A DNA stretch of 64,000 nucleotides from NCBI GenBank assembly GCA_016933295.1, contig JAFGBG010000255.1, positions 1,185 through 65,184 of the forward strand, read 5' to 3'. The position numbers and the translations under genes were made by a program. Shown here piece after piece: positions 39,391-46,022 of the stretch (the stretch's first letter is position 1; each line of letters opens with the position of its first letter). This DNA is from Sedimentisphaerales bacterium. GTDB lineage: Bacteria > Planctomycetota > Phycisphaerae > Sedimentisphaerales > Anaerobacaceae. The notes below the pieces were generated by a model that searched no databases, was not told where the DNA came from, and was given only the letters and a program-made list of their open reading frames with translations.

Positions 39391-41076
39391 TCAGTCAGAA
39401 TCCTCCGGATGACTCTTTTTATATTCGGCTGCCCAATTTTCCCATAAATCATAAGCTTCTTCAAAAGTTACAATGTGAACTATGTTATCATCGATAAAGT
39501 AAGTAGCTTCGGATTCACCGCTATTATTAAATATAGAAATGGCAAGATTTAAGGCTGATAGCCCTGTATAGCTGCTCCATACCGAATTTGTTAATTTATA
39601 TTCATCGATTTTTTGTATTTTATCGCTTATAGAAAATTCTATAACACATTTCTCTGATATTTGCATAAAAAATTCCCTGCCATATACTGATTCAATGAGA
39701 GGAATTTTGGTACTGCTTAATTTTAAGTAGGTGTTTGGATCTGATATATTAGCCAACTCTTCTAAGATGTCCTGAACCTTAATTTTATGTTTTCTCATTT
39801 TGGTAATTAGATTTTCTACAGAAGACGGTTCACCTATCCTGGCAAGAGCCATTGCAGCTGTAGTTCTGGTTATACTTTTATTTGAATCCAACCTTAGCTG
39901 TATGTCAGAAACAACTTCTCTGGCTTTGACAATTCCAAGTGCTTCAATGGCTCCACATTCAAAAAAAACATTGAGACTCGAATCATTGCTTTGTGGTTCG
40001 AGGTAACGTTTTAATACTGGAATAGCTTCAGTAGCCTTAAGTTTTGCCAAGCTAATCATTATCCGATGTACAACGTTAGGACCTCTGTTAGTATGACCAC
40101 CAACTGCCTGTTCTTCTTCCAGAACTTTGATAAGCGCAGGGATTACAGGTCGGGCGTTCTTTTTGACTAATTGTTCAAGATATGTTTCAGAAGGAGGCTT
40201 CCCGTTATAAAATTCTTCATCGGTCATTTTGGCGATAATATCTGATATAGCCTGCTCATCACCAAAATATACCAGTGATATAATTACTCGAGGATTGTTT
40301 TCCTGTCCTTGTTTATAAAGCTCCTTAATATATGGCGTCGCTTCTTTGGCATCCAGGCTAACTAAGGTATCGAGAGTCCAAGGGCAAAGATCCGTTTTGA
40401 GTAACGGAATTAAATGAGGAATTGCAGAACAGTCACCGATTCTACCAAGGGATTCGATTGCTCTCATCTTTAATCCGAAATTCTCTTCTTTCTTAAGACA
40501 TGAAATCAGTATAGGAACCGCCTCTTTGACATCAAATTCCATGAGCATTTGCAGAGCAGGCAGACTTACATCTCTGTCAGGATTTGAAGCGGCCTTGACA
40601 ATTTCTTTAGCGTATTGTTTAGCTTCAAGACGTTTTAATATCATAAGGGTTTGAATTTTAACTTTATTGTCGTTATATTCGAGGAATGCGACCGTTCTCG
40701 GCAATAAATCAGTAAGTTTGAATTGAATCGCAGCCTGTACAATTTTTCCGAACACATCTTGAACCTTCTGTGAGTCGTTTAAATTAAATAATCCACCATC
40801 GAGAACGGACATCGATGCCATTGAATAATCTTCTGGTGGCAAATCATAAGCATATCGATAAAGCCATGTATCACTGGTATGATCTCTGACTATTAGCCTA
40901 TCAAGAATACTTATTCTATCATTCAGATTGGCAGAATTTGCCATTTGTACAATATCAGGGACATTTTCGACGGCTTTAGGTGAGAAATTGTATTCGATAT
41001 TATTATCTAAAACATATCCAAAAGTACAAATCGTAAGAAGGAGTAAAACAATTAAAGAACGTAAAGCAACAATCAT
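39391..41076 (-). CDS. HEAT-repeat protein with an N-terminal signal/anchor
   Basis: The N-terminal hydrophobic segment is LIVLLLLTICTFG. Roughly 30-aa helical repeats recur (PALIKVLEEE..., AIPVLKRYLE..., AIPHLIPLLK...). GC content is markedly low. Confidence 0.7.
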   Translation of the reverse strand: MIVALRSLIVLLLLTICTFGYVLDNNIEYNFSPKAVENVPDIVQMANSANLNDRISILDRLIVRDHTSDTWLYRYAYDLPPEDYSMASMSVLDGGLFNLNDSQKVQDVFGKIVQAAIQFKLTDLLPRTVAFLEYNDNKVKIQTLMILKRLEAKQYAKEIVKAASNPDRDVSLPALQMLMEFDVKEAVPILISCLKKEENFGLKMRAIESLGRIGDCSAIPHLIPLLKTDLCPWTLDTLVSLDAKEATPYIKELYKQGQENNPRVIISLVYFGDEQAISDIIAKMTDEEFYNGKPPSETYLEQLVKKNARPVIPALIKVLEEEQAVGGHTNRGPNVVHRIMISLAKLKATEAIPVLKRYLEPQSNDSSLNVFFECGAIEALGIVKAREVVSDIQLRLDSNKSITRTTAAMALARIGEPSSVENLITKMRKHKIKVQDILEELANISDPNTYLKLSSTKIPLIESVYGREFFMQISEKCVIEFSISDKIQKIDEYKLTNSVWSSYTGLSALNLAISIFNNSGESEATYFIDDNIVHIVTFEEAYDLWENWAAEYKKSHPEDSD

Positions 41077-41213
41077 AATCTCACCTCCATTATATTCCCG
41101 ATATATGATTTTTCCCGTCTGAGTATATTCTATATAAACATGAAATATTTATCAATATGCAATTGTGACTAAATCCTGATGAACAAAATAATCCATGATT
41201 TATTAGGTGAATT

Positions 41214-41518
41214 GGTGGGGCGCTCGTCTCGGCGAAGGCGGCCGAGCCGCAGCCGGGAGCCCCACCCTACGAGTTACTCATATCGAAATTGAACTTGTGT
41301 GAAATTATCGAATCCTACGGCAACCTTTATGAATTAATCGAAGATTGCCACGTCGGCCTAACGGCCTCCTCGCAATGACAATTTTTTATAGTTTCCTTGA
41401 CTGCCCCCTGCACCAGAGCGGTACAGGACTTCGCTCGGAATGACGTGACATGAAATTTGTATGAAAGCAACGCACCATACAGGCTACTATACACAGCATG
41501 GGCAAGGGTGTTGCCCAT
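41214..41518. repeat. Cluster of GC-rich REP-like hairpins
   Basis: A nested hairpin, GGTGGGGC...GCCCCACC (41214-41267), encloses CTCGGC-gaaggcg-GCCGAG. ATGGGCAA-gggtg-TTGCCCAT (41498-41518) lies directly after the stop of the 41520 gene. Confidence 0.55.
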
Positions 41519-41519
41519 C

Positions 41520-42266
41520 CTACGGATGATGATTGTTTTTGAAGGTCTGGAGTTTAGTGAGGCAGTCGGCGAATTGCTCGCTGGCTTTTTCGATGTAGGT
41601 ATTGACCTCGTCGATATAGCCGTCGGCGGACGCCGACCAGACGCGATTTAAGTAGCGCTCGCCCGCGGCGAAACTGCTCATAACCTCGCCATAAGCGGCA
41701 AGACCGTAACGATGGCCTATACTCTCGCGGGCGTCCACAAACTTCTCAAGGTCGTCGGTAAACAATTCGTCGATTCTATGACGCATATCGTAAGTATCGA
41801 TGGAGTCTTTCTCGGAATTGAGCTTATTTATATTGGCCACGATTTTTTGGAGACTGGAATCCACCACCTCAATGCCGGCGGTGACATGATGCTCGGTCTT
41901 GCTTCGGCGGGCCTCGTCGGTCCTGATAAGGGCCACTCCAGCCGCTCCGAGCAATAGAGCAGGAATATACCAGAGCCATTTAACGGCACTTTTCTCATCC
42001 GCTGAAACGCTTCCCCCGACAGCGTTGATATCGGCAACCGGCGCCGAATTAGCATCTTCGATAGAATCCTCAACAACTGTCGGGGTAGAATTTGCATCTT
42101 CGATATTATTTACATCGACCACCGGAACCGAGTTAGCGTCCTCGACGGCGTTAGCATCTGCCGGCGGAGCGGATTTTGCCTTTTCGATGGCGGTTTGATC
42201 GACCACCGTCGCCAGAGCGGCAATAATAAAACCAGCGGTAACCATTAAAAAACCGAGCAATTTCAT
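41520..42266 (-). CDS. Two-TM hypothetical protein with a tandem 14-aa (V/I)EDANSxPxV repeat
   Basis: Its start lies 9 nt after the stop of OPT paralog 2. The repeat region reads ANAVEDANSVPVVDVNNIEDANSTPTVVEDSIEDANSAPVADINAV. Confidence 0.65.
   Translation of the reverse strand: MKLLGFLMVTAGFIIAALATVVDQTAIEKAKSAPPADANAVEDANSVPVVDVNNIEDANSTPTVVEDSIEDANSAPVADINAVGGSVSADEKSAVKWLWYIPALLLGAAGVALIRTDEARRSKTEHHVTAGIEVVDSSLQKIVANINKLNSEKDSIDTYDMRHRIDELFTDDLEKFVDARESIGHRYGLAAYGEVMSSFAAGERYLNRVWSASADGYIDEVNTYIEKASEQFADCLTKLQTFKNNHHP
42046..42171. repeat. Coding tandem repeat, three units of 42 nt
   Basis: GAATTAGCATCTTCGATA (42046), GAATTTGCATCTTCGATA (42088) and GAGTTAGCGTCCTCGAC (42130) recur with an exact 42-nt period. 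Confidence 0.75.
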
Positions 42267-42275
42267 AATTTTTCC

Positions 42276-44168
42276 TTAGCCGCCCTGCATCCCGGCAATA
42301 ATTGAATAAATGGCGAAACCGACGCCCACGAGGCCTTCGCCTATTATCAGGCCCGCCGCGATGGGTATGCCGACCTGCTCGCTGAAGTGACGCCCCATCT
42401 TCCAGTCGCAGACGATTCTTAAGATTGTGCCGATTGTATATGTCAGTACGATACTAAACGGCAGATAGAATCCGAGGCCGACCTGAATGCCGAGTCCGCC
42501 GATACCCGTTGCGCTCAGCAAAGCCCCCAGACCCGCACCGGCGAAATATTTATCCACCGGCACATCGCCGCCGAGTATGCCGTCAATCATACTGGCCAGG
42601 GCCTTACCCTGTGGCGCCGGAAGCTTATCGGTGCCGAGGCCGTATGCCTTATGCAGGATAAACAACAGTCCCACCATCAGGACCGGACCGAGCCAGGTCG
42701 CGAGGAACTGCCCTATCTGCTGCCTTCTGGGAATGGCGCCGACCAAATAGCCGGTTTTCAAATCGAGCATCAGGTCCGTCGCCTGTGACATCGCCATGCA
42801 GGTTGCGGCACCGACCATGACCGAAGATACAATAGCGGCATCATTTCCGAGGCCGCTGGTAATAAAAATCAGAATCGTCACGGCAATGAGCGTCATGCCG
42901 CTCATGGGCGACCAGTTCGTTCTGCCGATACACTCCGAGAGAATCACGCCTGCCATCCATATCCAGACCGTGCCCAAAAGGGCCATGATAATGCCCCTGA
43001 CGATTCCCATCTGCTCAACGGATAGAACGGCGACAATTCCCAGCACGATAACGGCGCCGACAATGCCGGCGTAAAGCAGCTTTATCGGCATCTCATCCTT
43101 CGATAGCGCGGCGCCGGTTTTTGCCGCAGATTGCATACTGCGAACCGCGCTGACAATCAATGGCAGTGCCAAGGCAATGCCGGCCAACGCCCCGCCTACC
43201 AGCATACCGATTCCTATCGGCCTGAACAGCATAAGCTGCATATACTGCGGCATCGAGAGACTTTTTTCGTCCATTTGCCCGGCAATAATCTGAAGCTGTT
43301 CCGGCGAAGGAAGCAGGCCCATTTTCGCCAGTGTCGGAGCGAGAATCCAATAGCATGTATATCCTCCGACAACAAAGCAAAAGCCGCCCTTGCCGGCGAT
43401 AAAGGCGATTCCGACGGTCAGCAGCGAAATAAACCAGACACCGTTCATATAATCCGGCAGACCAAGAGCCGAACCGAGATAAAGGTTTTCATGCCGCACG
43501 TATCTCAGCATAGCAACAGGTCTGCTCATCACGCCAAATTGCGGCCTCAGATAAGCCATAAGACCGTCAAGGTCATACGATGCCCAGCTCCAGAGTGCAT
43601 CCGAAAGTCCCCATTGCTCGAGTACCTTCTGGACAAGATATAAAGTCGCGCTGAGTATAATTCCTATCATCAGGAGTCTTGCTTTTTTAATTCCGGCGCC
43701 GGGTGACTTCAAAATCGTCGCGACCGCCACTCCGCCGGGATATGTCAGGCGCTCGAAGTCTATCATCTGCTTGCGAAGCGGAATGATAAATGCAATGCCA
43801 AGAACACCGCCGGCGATGCAGCCGAAAATCATAAGGTAAGGATTGAAATCAGTATTGCCCAGGATAAACAATGCCGGCACGGAAAACATAACGCCCGCCG
43901 AAGCACCGTTGACACTGCTGGCGACCGTCTGGCTGATATTGTTTTCTATGATACTGTTTCGCCGGAGGATGCCACGCAGGACACCGAAACCGAGAATTGC
44001 GGCAAGCTCCGAACCTTCGTGTGAGAAACCGAGTATCAGGCAGGCGTAGCCCATACTTATCGTGATGAGGATACCGAGAACATACCCGACAACAATGGCC
44101 ACCCAGGTCAATTCGGGATAAGGCCCCCTGCGGATGATTTTATCTCTGGTTTCGCCGCCCGTGGCCAA
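42276..44168 (-). CDS. OPT-family oligopeptide transporter (paralog 2)
   Basis: It is a 630-aa polytopic protein whose N-terminal pattern, ELTWVAIVVGYVLGILITISMGYACLILGF, is typical of OPT proteins. Confidence 0.85.
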   Translation of the reverse strand: MATGGETRDKIIRRGPYPELTWVAIVVGYVLGILITISMGYACLILGFSHEGSELAAILGFGVLRGILRRNSIIENNISQTVASSVNGASAGVMFSVPALFILGNTDFNPYLMIFGCIAGGVLGIAFIIPLRKQMIDFERLTYPGGVAVATILKSPGAGIKKARLLMIGIILSATLYLVQKVLEQWGLSDALWSWASYDLDGLMAYLRPQFGVMSRPVAMLRYVRHENLYLGSALGLPDYMNGVWFISLLTVGIAFIAGKGGFCFVVGGYTCYWILAPTLAKMGLLPSPEQLQIIAGQMDEKSLSMPQYMQLMLFRPIGIGMLVGGALAGIALALPLIVSAVRSMQSAAKTGAALSKDEMPIKLLYAGIVGAVIVLGIVAVLSVEQMGIVRGIIMALLGTVWIWMAGVILSECIGRTNWSPMSGMTLIAVTILIFITSGLGNDAAIVSSVMVGAATCMAMSQATDLMLDLKTGYLVGAIPRRQQIGQFLATWLGPVLMVGLLFILHKAYGLGTDKLPAPQGKALASMIDGILGGDVPVDKYFAGAGLGALLSATGIGGLGIQVGLGFYLPFSIVLTYTIGTILRIVCDWKMGRHFSEQVGIPIAAGLIIGEGLVGVGFAIYSIIAGMQGG

Positions 44169-44195
44169 AGTAACTCTCCTTATATTTCAATATGC

Positions 44196-44726
44196 TCAAT
44201 CGTACGAGATAATCGAGCTGACCATATAATCGGCGAGCTTTTCTCTGCCGCCCAATTCGGCAAGCTCTATAACAAACGAAATACCCACGACGCTGCCGCC
44301 TATTTTTTCGACAAGCCGACATGCCGCGGCCATTGTTCCGCCGGTGGCTAATAAATCGTCAATCATCAGCACCCTGCTGCCTGAGGCAAAAGCATCCTGA
44401 TGAACCTCGAGAGTGTCCACGCCGTATTCCAAATCATAAGTTATGCTTTCGGTTTTACCCGGCAGTTTTCCTTTTTTGCGAATCGGCACGAAACCGACAC
44501 CGAGCTTTTCCGCAACCGCGGCACCGAAAATAAATCCCCTCGCCTCAACTGCGGCAACATAATCCACAGATAATTTCTTAAAATCCGTACAAAGAGCATC
44601 CAGCGCCATGGAAAACGCCGAAGGATTGTTCAACAAGGGCGTGATATCGCGAAATAAAATCCCCTTTTTCGGCCAGTCTGGTATCTCGCGAATGTACTGT
44701 TTCAGGTCGATAACATGCTTATCCAT
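44196..44726 (-). CDS. apt: Adenine phosphoribosyltransferase
   Basis: It has the PRPP-binding motif VLMIDDLLATGGT and the strings FRDITPLL and EARGFIFG. Confidence 0.95.
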   Translation of the reverse strand: MDKHVIDLKQYIREIPDWPKKGILFRDITPLLNNPSAFSMALDALCTDFKKLSVDYVAAVEARGFIFGAAVAEKLGVGFVPIRKKGKLPGKTESITYDLEYGVDTLEVHQDAFASGSRVLMIDDLLATGGTMAAACRLVEKIGGSVVGISFVIELAELGGREKLADYMVSSIISYD

Positions 44727-44839
44727 TTGCTGTCCCTTCCATGTACATTATATCGTTACATCAGACAAACAATCTGCGTGCCGTATATTTTTAATATATT
44801 TCAGCCGAAATGCAAGCATTATTGGAATGATATTCGGTG

Positions 44840-45661
44840 TTATTCTTCGGTCATGTATTCGTAGAGTTTCGTCAGGGCGTCGCGACGAATCTGCCGGATT
44901 CTTTCCCGCGTCAAGTCCAGCTTTTCGCCGATTTCCTTGAGAGTCAGCGGTTTTCTTCCACCGAGACCGTAATGCAGTTTGAGAACCTCGGCCTCTCTGG
45001 GATCGATTTCATTCAGCAGCTTGAGGGCCTTGATTTTTTCTTCGAGCGCCTCGAGGGCATCTTCCGGCCTGCCCGCGCTCGGGTCTTCGAGCAACGCTTC
45101 GAGCATCTGGTCGTCTTCCGGACCGTCGTTGCCGTTAGTCTCTCCGACGGAACCGAGAACATCGACTATCCGATTAATTACCTTTGCCTTTCGCAGCGGC
45201 AGTTTCATAATTTCGGCCATCTCTTCAACGCTCACAGATCTGCCGAGCGTGCTCTCCATTTCCACCGAGGTATGCCGCCACTGATTTATCAGGGCGACCA
45301 TGTATGTGGGAATGTGAACGGGCTGGACGCTTTCCAGCAAAGCCCGCTTGATGCTTTGTTTTATCCACCACGCGGCGTATGTGCTGAAGCGAACGCCGCG
45401 ATCCGGATCGAAATAATCCACGGCACGTATTAGTCCCAGGTTACCTTCTTCTATCAAATCGCCGAGACTCATTCCCCGTCCGGCGTATTTTTTAGCAATA
45501 TTAACGACCAATCGAAGATTGCTTCTTACCAACTGCTCCCTGGCAAGCGGATCGTTATCCTCGACAATTTGCTTGCCCAGATTGCGTTCCTGCTCGACAG
45601 TCAGAAGAGATGCCTCATCGATTTCTTTGAGGTAGTCCTTTAGGGTAATATCAAAAGCGAT
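44840..45661 (-). CDS. Sigma-70-family RNA polymerase sigma factor (regions 1.2-4); start codon unresolved
   Basis: Region 1.2 is DYLKEIDEASLLTVEQERNLGKQI. Region 2 includes LVRSNLRLVVNIAKKY, DLIEEGNLGLIRAVDYFD and FSTYAAWWIKQSI. Region 4 is LTLKEIGEKLDLTRERIRQIRRDAL. The track start, TTG at 45532, lies inside region 2. The nearest plausibly RBS-served start is ATC at 45661, with GGGAG 6 nt upstream. Confidence 0.85.
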   Translation of the reverse strand: MAFDITLKDYLKEIDEASLLTVEQERNLGKQIVEDNDPLAREQLVRSNLRLVVNIAKKYAGRGMSLGDLIEEGNLGLIRAVDYFDPDRGVRFSTYAAWWIKQSIKRALLESVQPVHIPTYMVALINQWRHTSVEMESTLGRSVSVEEMAEIMKLPLRKAKVINRIVDVLGSVGETNGNDGPEDDQMLEALLEDPSAGRPEDALEALEEKIKALKLLNEIDPREAEVLKLHYGLGGRKPLTLKEIGEKLDLTRERIRQIRRDALTKLYEYMTEE

Positions 45662-45916
45662 AGCTCACTCCCGCCCGACTAAAAGCCTCTCGGCTCCAGC
45701 CATAAGGGCAAATTGCATAATACGTAACAGCCGCACCTCCTTACAATACGAATGCTTCCCTGCTCCTAATAAATCTATATGAGGTATCGGTTATATTTGC
45801 CCCCGGGTTTAGCGGGCTGGAACAAAACCGCCGTTTTTAATTGCGAATGCGGCGGGATTAACGCTAATAATCAATGCAATCCTTCTATCTGTAAAATCTA
45901 TTATTTTCGTCCCGAT

Positions 45917-45952
45917 AAAAAAAGGCCTATACCGATTAATTCGGTATAGGCC
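45917..45952 (-). terminator. Intrinsic terminator of LamG protein 1
   Basis: A 12-bp perfect stem, GGCCTATACCGA (45924-45935) with TCGGTATAGGCC (45941-45952), is followed on the minus strand by a T7 run (45917-45923). Confidence 0.85.
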
Positions 45953-46022
45953 CAAAAACCACATAATACTTCCACCTCAAGCCAATTTAACAATCGCTAC
46001 AACAAATAATCTCACACGGCTT

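Noticed and set aside
41327-41518. A 63-aa ORF (...NCHCEEAVRPTWQSSINS) in the hairpin cluster.
   Set aside because: It is encoded entirely by REP-like palindromic repeats. Peptides of this kind are typical translation artefacts of such repeats.
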